Virus record (IMG/VR): IMGVR_UViG_3300035135_003029 | Location: 1 to 29,738 of that record | Direction: 5' to 3' (one strand) | Source: a virus | Taxonomy: Duplodnaviria > Caudoviricetes | Length of the DNA stretch: 29,738 nt | Shown: in pieces, positions 10,399 through 19,433 of the stretch | Layout: the number at the start of each line of letters is the position of its first letter | Position numbering within the stretch: the first letter of the stretch is position 1 | Made by a program: the position numbers and the translations under genes | Notes under the pieces: generated by a model | Seen by the model: only the letters and a program-made list of their open reading frames with translations | The model's database searches: none | Told to the model about the DNA's origin: nothing

Positions 10399-11070
10399 CT
10401 AAAACCTCCTATCTGCACTAGTATAATCATAACTATTTTGACTTCGCCACCAATAATCATATGTTATTCTCCAATGAGTGTTGCTTTTTAATTCTGTCAA
10501 GTAGGGAGAAAAGGGGTATCTCGTAGCCATTAAGAAAAATCTTCTTTGTGAATCAAGTCTTAATGCATCTACTACCATTCCTTCTCTTGTTCTTAGTCCG
10601 AAATTCCTAGGATCTCCATAACCGTTATCCTCCCACCATTTTGGATAGTAAAAAAGTTGATAGTAATAACCGTAAGACCCATATCTGAAGTGAGTTTGAC
10701 TAAAATAACGTGCTGGGTAAAAACTATAATTATCGTAATAAGGAGGGTTATAAGTCCACATCCTAACATATCCACTCGCAGAGTCATAAGCCACACTGGG
10801 TGTCGTTGTTATACAGGCATTAATCGTGAATCTACCATCTTCTATTCTTTGAGAGGGGCGATAATCTCGATCACTTGGGTCCCAAGCTTCTCTTACATAT
10901 TTATGAAAGTAATCAAATCTATGCTTCCTTTCTTCAAGTGTGCTAGGAGAAAGTATGAAGTTTCGGATTTGAAACCAGTCGATTGCCGCTCTGTTTAGGT
11001 AACCTTGAGTAGCTAAATAGTTAGTGATACCTATATCACTATAATGAATGTCTCTCGGTATGAATGTCAT
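10399..11070 (-). CDS. Hypothetical Tyr/Trp/Arg-rich protein
   Basis: 223-aa ORF tightly packed in the minus-strand operon; no recognisable motif. Confidence 0.6.
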   Translation of the reverse strand: MTFIPRDIHYSDIGITNYLATQGYLNRAAIDWFQIRNFILSPSTLEERKHRFDYFHKYVREAWDPSDRDYRPSQRIEDGRFTINACITTTPSVAYDSASGYVRMWTYNPPYYDNYSFYPARYFSQTHFRYGSYGYYYQLFYYPKWWEDNGYGDPRNFGLRTREGMVVDALRLDSQRRFFLMATRYPFSPYLTELKSNTHWRITYDYWWRSQNSYDYTSADRRF

Positions 11071-11074
11071 AATA

Positions 11075-13354
11075 TTAAACTATAATAAACTCAAAGGGGA
11101 ACTCTGGAGGAGTTTCCGTTGGTGTTTGGGTAGGTGTATTGGTTTGAGTTTGAGTGGGTGTGTTTGTTGGGGTGTTCGTATTTGAAGGTGTAACGGTTTG
11201 TGTTGGGGTTTGGGTTTGAGTCTGTGTCTGAGTTTGTGTCTGAGTTTGTGTCTGGGTCTGAGTTTGTGTTTGTGTCTGAGTTTGTGTCTGAGTTTGTGTT
11301 TGGGTTAAGGTAGGTGTTTGAGTCTGTGTTTGGGTTTGTGTCTGGGTGACTGTTTTAGTAGGGGTTTGAGTTACGGTTGGTGTAGGAGTTAGGGTTTGAC
11401 TTGGTGTGTTGGTGACTGTTTGAGTGACTGTTTGCGTGGGTGTCTGAGTTTGAGTCTGTGTCTGTGTCTGGGTAGCTGTTTCTGTAGGAGTTTGGGTTTG
11501 AGTTAAAGTATGTGTTGGGGTATTTGTTTGTGTTTGGGTTACGGTTGGTGTTTGAGTTAAAGTTTGCGTTGGAGTTCTAGTCTGCGTCTGTGTTTGAGTC
11601 TGGGTTTGGGTCTGTGTTTGCGTCTGAGTCTGGGTTGCTGTTTCTGTAGGTGTCTGAGTTTGTGTTTGAGTTTGAGTAACTGTTTCAGTCGGTGTGTGTG
11701 TCTGGGTATTGGTGACAGTTGGTGTTTGGGTTTGAGTTAAAGTGTTTGTTGGGGTTGAGGTTCTGGTTTGTGTCTGAGTTTGAGTCTGAGTAACTGTTTC
11801 TGTAGGCGTTTGGGTTTGAGTTACAGTTTGAGTTGCGGTCTGTGTTGGGGTTTGTGTTTGCGTTTCAGTTTGTGTTGGAGTTTTTGTTACGGTTGGGGTT
11901 TGAGTAATCGTTTCAGTTGGAGTAGCTGTTTGAGTTATTGTTTGTGTCGGAGTAGAGCTTACTGTTTGTGTTTGAGTTCTTGTTGTAACAGGTGTGCTTG
12001 TTACGGTCTCAGTTATAGTTGGTGTTACTGAAGGGGTTTGAGTTATAGTTGCAGTCTGACTTGCTGTTTGGGTTATTGTTTGTGTCTGGGTAACTGTTTC
12101 TGTAGGTGTCTGAGTTTGTGTTTGTGTCTGTGTTTGAGTTTGGGTTTGTGTGACCGTCTCAGTCGGAGTTTGAGTTTGTGTGACCGTCTCAGTCGGAGTT
12201 TGAGTAACAGAAGGTGTTACTGTCTGAGTTTGTGTGTTAGATGGGGTAACTGTAGGTGTTTGAGTGTTAGTTGATGTTTGTGTAATGGTTGGCGTATTTG
12301 AAGCTGTTGGAGATGGAGATGCGGTAGGGGTAGCTCCGGGAGCAACAGTTCTAGTGATAGTTTGGGTAGGTGTAGCAGTTTCCGATGGGGTTTGGGTCCG
12401 AGTAACGGTATATGTAGGGGTGTGGGAGGGGGTATTGGTTGTTGAGGCTGTTTGGGTTATTGTTTGAGTTTGGGTCTGTGTTTGTGTAGGGGTGTTGGTT
12501 TGAGTCTGGGTTTGTGTAGGGGTCTGAGTTAAAGTTTGTGTTGGGCTTGCTGTTTGAGTCTGTGTCTGAGTTTGGGTCTGAGTTGGGGTCTGCGTTTGGG
12601 TTTGTGTTTGAGTTTTAGTAACCGTACTGGTTGGTGATAAAGTGCTAGTAGATGTTATAGTTGGAGTTTGAGTCTGGCTTTGAGTGACTGTTGGGGTCTG
12701 AGTTAAGGTTTGACTTGGTGTTAAGGTACAGGTTCGTGTTACAGTTGCACTGTTAGTAGCTGTCGGGGTTACTGTTGGGGTTTGGCTCTGTGTTGCGGTT
12801 TGAGATATTGTTGAAGACGGAGTTGCTGTTTGAGATATAGTGCTAGAAGGGGTAACTGTCTGTGTCTGTGTGTTAGATGGGGTTACAGTTTGAGTTTGGG
12901 TTTCACTGGGAGTATTACTTGCGGTAACGCTTGCTGTATGCGACCTTGTTGGATTTGGAGTACTTGAGTGTGAAGGAGTGACGGTGTTACTTGGAGTATT
13001 CGATGGGGTATTTGTTTGCGATGCAGTATTAGTGGGTGTGGCTGTGCTTGTTTCGGTAACAGTTGATGTAACGGTCGGAGTTTGTGTATGACTAGGCGTG
13101 TTTGAAGGTGTTACAGTATTACTTGGGGTGTTACTTGGCGTAACACTTGGACTTGCCGTATTCGAAGGAGTATTGCTTGGAGTAGCTGTATTAGAAGGGG
13201 TATTGCTTGGGGTTGCCGTGTTGGACCTTGTAATAATAGGGGTAGAGGTGTGAGACGGGGTAACAGTTGGTGAAGCAGTATGCGACGGAGTTATATATTG
13301 TAGAGCCTCTACTCCACAAATTTGCCGAATTGTCGCACTATACTTACAACTCAT
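11075..13354 (-). CDS. Thr-rich low-complexity (TQ/TP repeat) protein, possibly virion-associated
   Basis: 759 aa, nearly all T-x dipeptide repeats (TQTQ, TPSNT, TPTETVT); short unique N- and C-termini. Confidence 0.75.
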   Translation of the reverse strand: MSCKYSATIRQICGVEALQYITPSHTASPTVTPSHTSTPIITRSNTATPSNTPSNTATPSNTPSNTASPSVTPSNTPSNTVTPSNTPSHTQTPTVTSTVTETSTATPTNTASQTNTPSNTPSNTVTPSHSSTPNPTRSHTASVTASNTPSETQTQTVTPSNTQTQTVTPSSTISQTATPSSTISQTATQSQTPTVTPTATNSATVTRTCTLTPSQTLTQTPTVTQSQTQTPTITSTSTLSPTSTVTKTQTQTQTQTPTQTQTQTQTQTASPTQTLTQTPTQTQTQTNTPTQTQTQTQTITQTASTTNTPSHTPTYTVTRTQTPSETATPTQTITRTVAPGATPTASPSPTASNTPTITQTSTNTQTPTVTPSNTQTQTVTPSVTQTPTETVTQTQTPTETVTQTQTQTQTQTQTQTPTETVTQTQTITQTASQTATITQTPSVTPTITETVTSTPVTTRTQTQTVSSTPTQTITQTATPTETITQTPTVTKTPTQTETQTQTPTQTATQTVTQTQTPTETVTQTQTQTQTRTSTPTNTLTQTQTPTVTNTQTHTPTETVTQTQTQTQTPTETATQTQTQTQTQTQTQTQTQTRTPTQTLTQTPTVTQTQTNTPTHTLTQTQTPTETATQTQTQTQTQTPTQTVTQTVTNTPSQTLTPTPTVTQTPTKTVTQTQTQTQTQTPTLTQTQTQTQTQTQTQTQTQTQTQTQTQTQTQTQTPTQTVTPSNTNTPTNTPTQTQTNTPTQTPTETPPEFPFEFIIV
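12144..12204. repeat. Exact 30-bp tandem duplication inside the TQ-repeat gene
   Basis: GTTTGTGTGACCGTCTCAGTCGGAGTTTGA occurs twice in tandem. Confidence 0.85.
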
Positions 13355-13355
13355 G

Positions 13356-13739
13356 TTAAGCGGGTTTGATTCTTGATGTTATTTGCTTATCAAAAGTTAT
13401 AGTACCAGATACAACTGTAAAAACTTCATCCGTAGAAACAATTCTTGCTACCTGTACATCATATTGATAAGTTCCATCCAAAATGTCTTTAGATTCTGCA
13501 CTTTGAATAGTTATTCTAATTTTTCCGTCAGGTAAATTTGTAATTCCGCCATCTTTTTTATTGTTTTTTTTGATAATAGCTAAACTATCGTCATTAGGTG
13601 GAAGGTTAATGGATCCGTGAAACGGTTTCTTGATAGTAAAAAATATCAAGTGTTCATTGGCATTGATTGGACCATTACAGTCTTTAATTTCGACTTCAAA
13701 TGAAGATGAATCTCCTACGGTTATATTAAAATCAGACAT
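13356..13739 (-). CDS. BppU-like (baseplate upper protein N-terminal-like) structural protein
   Basis: ITVGDS...FTIK...GKIRITI...GTYQYDVQV...TVVSGTITF pattern typical of BppU-N-like domains. Confidence 0.55.
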   Translation of the reverse strand: MSDFNITVGDSSSFEVEIKDCNGPINANEHLIFFTIKKPFHGSINLPPNDDSLAIIKKNNKKDGGITNLPDGKIRITIQSAESKDILDGTYQYDVQVARIVSTDEVFTVVSGTITFDKQITSRIKPA

Positions 13740-14019
13740 CGTTATTCTTCTTTCTTTGTAAAAAATTTGATACAGTTAATAATGCTGCAACTAAACCCAA
13801 AATTCCATAAAATGCCCACAATGGTTCAGTATACACTATATTACTCTTCTTGGCAACCTTAAATTCTTTTTCTGAAATAGTACCACTACTATCTATGTCC
13901 ACTTCTTCAAATTTCACTATCTGAGGCTTATTGATTGACTGTTTTGGCTGAAGCTTTTTAATTGTGGAAGTACAACCTACAATAAATGTTAATAAAAATA
14001 TGTATATTAGGTGTTTCAT
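13732..14019 (-). CDS. Lipoprotein with EF-hand-like loop and C-terminal TM helix (u-spanin-like architecture)
   Basis: Likely start MKHLIYIFLLTFIVGC (lipobox) at 14019 overlapping the upstream stop; DIDSSGTISEKEF; C-terminal LWAFYGILGLVAALLTVS. Confidence 0.5.
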   Translation of the reverse strand: MKHLIYIFLLTFIVGCTSTIKKLQPKQSINKPQIVKFEEVDIDSSGTISEKEFKVAKKSNIVYTEPLWAFYGILGLVAALLTVSNFLQRKKNNDV

Positions 14020-14450
14020 TTTTTTGTGGGTATTGCATAGAATCCTATTACCATAAAACATAAATCCATAAAAGATGCAAGCATTAAACCTCCAGTTAGC
14101 TCTACCTGTACCCAGTCCGTGCCACCAAATATCCATGTGAATAAACCGAATTTAGCATTATCTCCTCTAGGCATCAATACGTCATATGTGATGTGCGGGT
14201 TCATTGCATAATATATCATTAAAAAACACATTGTGAACGTAATCGACATAAACAGTATTCTTCTGGTAACCTTCACAAAAGGGTCATCAGCTCTTTTGTT
14301 TTGCCCATCTATCATAGCTTTAAGCATTTCAGCATCTCTAGCTGCAAGCATCATCTGATCTTGCCTCTTTTGCTCAAGCCAATAATTAATTAAATTAGCG
14401 CCAACTTTAATGCCAGCACCAATAACTGTATTCATTATACTTCCAAACAT
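14016..14450 (-). CDS. Multi-pass membrane protein, holin-like
   Basis: Amphipathic N-terminus, DPFVKVTRR, two hydrophobic helices, VIGFY C-terminus. Confidence 0.5.
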   Translation of the reverse strand: MFGSIMNTVIGAGIKVGANLINYWLEQKRQDQMMLAARDAEMLKAMIDGQNKRADDPFVKVTRRILFMSITFTMCFLMIYYAMNPHITYDVLMPRGDNAKFGLFTWIFGGTDWVQVELTGGLMLASFMDLCFMVIGFYAIPTKK

Positions 14451-14480
14451 ATAATGATATACACTTTATTTAAAATTTAA

Positions 14481-15188
14481 CTAATGATTTTCCGAACCAA
14501 TTTTTTTAATAACGTATGAAAGTAGTGGACTTCTCTTGATGTCTTCAAATCCAAACGAAAAACACTGAATGCCTTTCTTTTTACTTTCATCATCGTCAAA
14601 GAGGTTAAACATGGGCTTAAATCCGCTTTTTCCATTAATGTCGCTCTGCATGTAGTCGCCAGATATAAATAGCTGACTACCTTCACCTAGTCTTGTCATT
14701 AGGGTTGTGAGCTCTTTGTATGTAAAATTTTGTGCCTCATCTGCGATAACAATCTTATTAGTCCAACTTGCTCCCCTTAAGAAGTTAACAGGCATGGCCT
14801 GTATTCTTTTTTTATGAATCATATCACTTACGATAGTGCTTGATCTTGGTAGCAACTCTCTTAGTTTGTCGTCAAGTGGTGCCATATATGGATTGAATTT
14901 TTCATCTATATCACCGGGCAATGCTCCCATACCCTTTTCAGCGCTTTCTATAACTGTCCTTACATAAAGTAAATCGAGCTGGTCGTCAGCTTTCATTCTT
15001 TTGAGGGCAGAGTAGACCGCCATAAACGTTTTAGTGGATCCTGCAGGCCCAGATATGAAAATAATTTTATTATGGTCATCTAGAGCGAGCCTTACGAGAT
15101 CTTTCTGCTTGTCAGTGAGGCCAATATTTTTGATAGTTATTTTTTGTCTCAACTGCTGTATTTCTAGTTCAGGTTTTTTCTTTGGCAT
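14481..15188 (-). CDS. phoH: PhoH family ATPase
   Basis: GPAGSTKT, GALPGDIDEKFNPY, FLRGASW, IADEAQN, TRLGEGS, GDYMQSD. Confidence 0.93.
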   Translation of the reverse strand: MPKKKPELEIQQLRQKITIKNIGLTDKQKDLVRLALDDHNKIIFISGPAGSTKTFMAVYSALKRMKADDQLDLLYVRTVIESAEKGMGALPGDIDEKFNPYMAPLDDKLRELLPRSSTIVSDMIHKKRIQAMPVNFLRGASWTNKIVIADEAQNFTYKELTTLMTRLGEGSQLFISGDYMQSDINGKSGFKPMFNLFDDDESKKKGIQCFSFGFEDIKRSPLLSYVIKKIGSENH

Positions 15189-15302
15189 TTTAAAGTATAT
15201 CGTTTGCGATATTCAACATAATATACACACATATAATCATATTAAGCTGAAAATTCCAACACGAAATTCTTTTTAAGAATTATTTCGTATTTTTTATTAA
15301 TT

Positions 15303-15851
15303 TTATTTTTTATTAACAGATTCAATAAAGTCATAAAAAATTCTATTTCTCTTGCTTGGATTGGAATAAAACCAAACCCATGCATAACTATTTTTAATTT
15401 TTTGTATTTTATCTTTCAACTCATCTATATTAGATTGTAGTAAATTTAATTCGGCTGTTGTTAACTCTGATACGTTTACTTTTATGCTCGCATCCTTGCC
15501 AGCATCCAAAAGTTCTTGCAAGTTACCCTCTTTGCGAGCCTTGGTCGCCGCAGTATATATTTGTTTTGAATTTTCTTTTTGTTCTGCTTTATCAGGATGA
15601 GTACTTGTCACTATGTTTCTAAATATCTTTTTGAAAGAAGAAGATGTACTATTAATGCGCCCGACATTTTGAGACTCAAACTCTGTTTCTGTAAATGGAT
15701 CGCCAAGATCGTTATCTGCACAAAATTTAATTACATTAATTGTAAATTGTTTTCCAATTTCATCAAACTGTATTTTAATGTTATTGTATTCTTCTTTATA
15801 TTCTTTCCATTCTTTTCTTAATGCATAGTATTGTTTCTTTATGTAAGACAT
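15303..15851 (-). CDS. J-domain-like protein
   Basis: FKKIFRNIVTSTHPDK (HPD motif) flanked by coiled coils. Confidence 0.6.
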   Translation of the reverse strand: MSYIKKQYYALRKEWKEYKEEYNNIKIQFDEIGKQFTINVIKFCADNDLGDPFTETEFESQNVGRINSTSSSFKKIFRNIVTSTHPDKAEQKENSKQIYTAATKARKEGNLQELLDAGKDASIKVNVSELTTAELNLLQSNIDELKDKIQKIKNSYAWVWFYSNPSKRNRIFYDFIESVNKK

Positions 15852-15873
15852 GAAATGTGTATATATTATATAT

Positions 15874-16674
15874 ATGGATTTAAGACAATCTATTCCAGAG
15901 TTTTTTGATTTTTTTCATTCTATGGATATTGATGTATATCCTATTCTATTGAGACACGATACAGAATTTTACTCAAAAGAGAACTTGAGGATTCTTTTTT
16001 TATTAACAGATGCAGATCACGAGATTAAAACGAAACCTAATGAAATTATACTGAGAACCAGTGGATTAATGAGTGAAATGAAAAAAACAGAAAATGAATT
16101 TGTATTGCCTTATTTCTTTGAATCGCTATTAGAGCCTTATAAACCATTAAAGAAAGAAAGTGCGCGACCAAAGGTCGGTTTTTGTGGACAGCATGGATGG
16201 GTTCCTCATAGAATTGACTCTATTAAGGAATTAAGTAAAAGTAAATTAATTGATGACGATATAATTTTAAGAAATGCATTTTGGGGAGGTAGTCCTAATG
16301 GTGAACAAGTAAGAAAAGAATTTTTTGATAATATTGAAAGAAATCATTTTAATTTATGTTGTAGAGGTCATGGAAATTTCTCTATGAGATTTTATCAAGT
16401 CCTATCTGCTGGTAGAATACCTGTCTTTATTGAATCTGATATGCCTTTACCTCTTGATGATTTAGTTGATTATAATGAATTTTGTATTATTGCAAAAAAC
16501 CCAAGACATTTATCGAAACTAATTTTAGAAGCTTGGGAGAATAATGATATTGAAGGAATGCAACAAAAGGCCGCCGACTTTTATCACACAATGATCAGTC
16601 ATAAAACTTACCACAAGCATTTAATTAAAGACCCAAGGTTTATTAATATACTTAAAAAATATAACAAAATTTAG
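15874..16674 (+). CDS. Exostosin/GT47-like glycosyltransferase
   Basis: VGFCG, FNLCCRGHGNFSMRFYQVLSAGRIPVFI...PLPL motifs; likely start ATG 15874. Confidence 0.8.
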   Translation: MDLRQSIPEFFDFFHSMDIDVYPILLRHDTEFYSKENLRILFLLTDADHEIKTKPNEIILRTSGLMSEMKKTENEFVLPYFFESLLEPYKPLKKESARPKVGFCGQHGWVPHRIDSIKELSKSKLIDDDIILRNAFWGGSPNGEQVRKEFFDNIERNHFNLCCRGHGNFSMRFYQVLSAGRIPVFIESDMPLPLDDLVDYNEFCIIAKNPRHLSKLILEAWENNDIEGMQQKAADFYHTMISHKTYHKHLIKDPRFINILKKYNKI

Positions 16675-16848
16675 ATTAAAATAATAAAACTAAACTTTTT
16701 TCACTTTTTTTCATTTTTTTCCTTACGTTTTCGCCGAAGAGCCCCACTATAGGTAATATCGATAAATTAAATTTCATTCAAACCAAAACTATTTGGTGCG
16801 AGTGATCACAATAATAAATATCAATATTAACCCAAAAATATATATAAT

Positions 16849-17190
16849 ATGAAATACCGTAATACAAATGTATCAGTAATCAAGATTGGTCAAGCAGCTA
16901 GCAAACGTTTAAAAGAATTGTTGGTTGAAAAAGCAGGCGACGAAAAGCCAGTCACAACAATCGTTGAGTATCTAGGAGGTCTAATGCTATATACTGACTA
17001 TACAAAGAAGCAAATGGAGCACTGTACGCGCATTTTAGTGGGTGCTGCTGTCTCGAATAGGTATGAAGATCTCTCTAGGGTGTTAGCTTATTACTTTATG
17101 CTTGATGAAATAGCGCGCCGAATTCACGAAACAGGAGAAATAATGAATCAAGAGTATTGCGAAATAATGCACACCCTTGATTTAGTTTAA
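16849..17190 (+). CDS. Hypothetical protein
   Basis: 113-aa ORF with plausible composition. Confidence 0.6.
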   Translation: MKYRNTNVSVIKIGQAASKRLKELLVEKAGDEKPVTTIVEYLGGLMLYTDYTKKQMEHCTRILVGAAVSNRYEDLSRVLAYYFMLDEIARRIHETGEIMNQEYCEIMHTLDLV

Positions 17191-17382
17191 GGGTTTATCT
17201 TCAGTAATTAGTTCGGATTCAAATGCTTGAATTTGATGGCGCCCCCGAAATTGGGGGCTAACCATCTCAACAATAGTATGTTTTTTGTTTTCGTGCATAG
17301 TTTCAATGAGTATCTTGGCACGATGAGTGCCCCATTTTGTATGCACATAGCAATACCTATCAGGTATTGGTTTTGGTTTCAT
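17182..17382 (-). CDS. Hypothetical protein
   Basis: 66-aa ORF convergent with 16849..17190. Confidence 0.5.
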   Translation of the reverse strand: MKPKPIPDRYCYVHTKWGTHRAKILIETMHENKKHTIVEMVSPQFRGRHQIQAFESELITEDKPLN

Positions 17383-17419
17383 GACGATTTAAATTGAATT
17401 TAACTAAATTTTAATTTAA

Positions 17420-17656
17420 TTAAATTGCTAATTCTTCATGTTTGACTGGTCTATTTAATGTTATAATACAATGTAAGTCATCTACCCTTCGTAGAGAATC
17501 CAATGTATATCCATATTTGACCATTGACTTGATAAATGCGAACTTGTATTCGCGTTCTATTTCTATTGCTATCTTAGTAGGAACAGAATCAACCCCGAAA
17601 CCAGAGTACCACACGTTGTCGCTGTACTCGGAACAGACTGATAATATTGTATTCAT
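17420..17656 (-). CDS. Hypothetical protein
   Basis: ORF; likely ATG at 17656 downstream of a GTGTA motif. Confidence 0.5.
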   Translation of the reverse strand: MNTILSVCSEYSDNVWYSGFGVDSVPTKIAIEIEREYKFAFIKSMVKYGYTLDSLRRVDDLHCIITLNRPVKHEELAI

Positions 17657-17862
17657 ATCTGCAATATAGTACACCTATTTCGCCGCCGACTTATTAGATA
17701 ATTCTAATAGGAGTTTTTCCGGGGAGATTGAAATAGGCCACCCCCCGGCTATATGTCAAGCATAAAGTTGCGAAATTTTTCAAGAAATGGGGTGGGTACT
17801 TTTCTCAAAAAATAATTAAAAATAAGTTTGACGTTAGTTGTTTTTTTGCTTATGTTGTTTAT

Positions 17863-17979
17863 ATGAAGATAACTGAATTCCTTAAACAAATGAAAATCGA
17901 ATCCTTAGCAATAACTAAGATTAAATCAGAACTTAATAAAAAAAGTTTGACATTAGTTAAAACACGTGGCATTTTATAA
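17863..17979 (+). CDS. Small hypothetical protein (38 aa), not in ORF track
   Basis: MKITEFLKQMKIESLAITKIKSELNKKSLTLVKTRGIL*; TTGACG-17-TATGTT-6-ATG. Confidence 0.55.
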   Translation: MKITEFLKQMKIESLAITKIKSELNKKSLTLVKTRGIL

Positions 17980-17981
17980 TT

Positions 17982-18305
17982 ATGAACTTAACAATAGATA
18001 ACTTAAAAATGGATCAAGTCGATTACGTCGACTCTAATGTTGTAAATGTTTTCTGTCAGTTTGACACAGGAAAAGGTTACTATGAGGGCGGGCTTAGCGC
18101 TGACGTGGTAGTAAGAGAAGAAGATGGTTATATTCTTGTCGATGCTGTAAAAATTAACTTTGTAGAAGACGAAAACGAAGATCAAGTTGAGTTTGCTTGT
18201 GATGCTAAAGCATTGGAAAGCAAGCTTGAGAAACTACTTGATCGTGTGTTGCATAGCCCATTAATGAATGAAAATGAAGATCAGCTAGTCGAAGCATTAA
18301 GTTAA
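17982..18305 (+). CDS. Acidic hypothetical protein
   Basis: 107 aa; TTGACA at 17947, 35 nt before the ATG. Confidence 0.7.
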   Translation: MNLTIDNLKMDQVDYVDSNVVNVFCQFDTGKGYYEGGLSADVVVREEDGYILVDAVKINFVEDENEDQVEFACDAKALESKLEKLLDRVLHSPLMNENEDQLVEALS

Positions 18306-18346
18306 TGCTTGACAGAATGCCATTACTAGACTAATCTAACAACACA

Positions 18347-18565
18347 ATGCAAATTAAAAAGAAAACAAAATACTTACTCACCACATCAGAAGACAAGCAC
18401 GTCATAGTGGCAGAAGTACCACATAACTACAAGCACAACGACAAAGAGTATGCTATCAGCAAGGACATGGTAGATGCTAACGTCAAGAGTGGTTTACTTA
18501 CAGACATGACAGGAGAACTTGATTGGGATGGTAGAATTTGGATACTAACAGAGGATATATCATAA
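18347..18565 (+). CDS. Hypothetical protein
   Basis: 72 aa; TTGACA-17-TAATCT upstream. Confidence 0.65.
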   Translation: MQIKKKTKYLLTTSEDKHVIVAEVPHNYKHNDKEYAISKDMVDANVKSGLLTDMTGELDWDGRIWILTEDIS

Positions 18566-18795
18566 TGACAGACACAAGATACAACGGATGGAAGAACTGG
18601 GCAACTTGGAACGTAGCGCTATGGCTAGGCAACGACGAGAGTCTTTACAAGATGGCTCGCAGGTTTGTCAACTATAAAGATTTAGCCCAAGAGCTAGTGG
18701 ATTACGGCGTGCCTGTTACCCCTGATGGGGCAAGCTATACAGACCCTGACCTTGACACTTACGCTCTTGACGAGTGGCTAATGGACGAGTTCTAA
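18565..18795 (+). CDS. Conserved-looking phage hypothetical protein (YNGWxNWxTWNVALW)
   Basis: Start at 18565 overlaps upstream TAA; motif recalled from small phage early proteins. Confidence 0.7.
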   Translation: MTDTRYNGWKNWATWNVALWLGNDESLYKMARRFVNYKDLAQELVDYGVPVTPDGASYTDPDLDTYALDEWLMDEF

Positions 18796-18802
18796 TATGC
18801 CA

Positions 18803-18869
18803 TAAGTCGCTTACAGTCAACGACTTAGGCGGCGCGCGCCGGCCTAAGTACTTGATAATCAAGCACTTA
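18803..18869. repeat. 67-bp double-palindrome element, copy 1
   Basis: TAAGTCGCTTACAGTCAACGACTTA-GGCGGCGCGCGCCGGCC-TAAGTACTTGATAATCAAGCACTTA. Confidence 0.95.
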
Positions 18870-19037
18870 CGAAACATCTGTACAAGATCCGCGCCAATGC
18901 GGGCACATATAGCGCCGGCTCCGGCAGTAGGATTGTGCAATAAAATAATTCCGAAATAAATGCAAATAAGTTTGACGTGAGCTGTTTTTCTGTTTATATT
19001 GTTTTTATAGTTAATAATTAAACAAAGGAAAATTAAA

Positions 19038-19229
19038 ATGAACACATACGACAAAGGCGACATTCTCATCTCACGCGACAACAAAATCCTTGAGTACAAG
19101 GGGCAAGTTAATCACCCCGATCTCGGTATCATTGCGAAGGTGCGGATCTACCGCACAGACAGAGAAGTGGGTATCCGCTTTGCGGATGTTACAAGACATC
19201 CCTTCTTTGCTGAAACTAAAAAGTGCTAA
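19038..19229 (+). CDS. Hypothetical protein (small beta-barrel-like)
   Basis: 63 aa; AAGGA RBS and TTGACG-17-TATATT promoter upstream. Confidence 0.7.
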   Translation: MNTYDKGDILISRDNKILEYKGQVNHPDLGIIAKVRIYRTDREVGIRFADVTRHPFFAETKKC

Positions 19230-19280
19230 ATAAGCGCGATTTAATTTGACTTTAATCATTAAATAGACGATAGTAGTAAT

Positions 19281-19433
19281 ATGACAGAACAATTAGAAAC
19301 ATTCATGACAGAAGAACTCGGTATCATCGACCGCTTGGGCACAGACCCACTTGACGGGCTTGACCTCTTTGAGGACGTAGGCGGTAACGTATGGACACTT
19401 GACCAAATCATCAACGAATTTAATAACCAATGA
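19281..19433 (+). CDS. Small acidic hypothetical protein (50 aa), not in ORF track
   Basis: MTEQLETFMTEELGIIDRLGTDPLDGLDLFEDVGGNVWTLDQIINEFNNQ*; TTGACT 35 nt upstream; ATGA overlap with next gene. Confidence 0.65.
   Translation: MTEQLETFMTEELGIIDRLGTDPLDGLDLFEDVGGNVWTLDQIINEFNNQ

Noticed and set aside
11768-12467. Cys/Leu/Ser- or Val-rich + strand ORFs
   Set aside because: Shadow frames antisense to the TQ-repeat gene
11100-13270. Telomere-like or G-quadruplex GT-rich DNA repeat
   Set aside because: The strand bias is explained by ACN/CAR/CCN codons on the minus strand with variable third positions
18716-19099. ORFs 18716..19099(-), 18774..18959(+) and 26057..26263(+) crossing the repeat elements
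   Set aside because: Their shared peptides (e.g. KSLxxNDL) merely translate the palindromic element, and they overlap promoters or real genes
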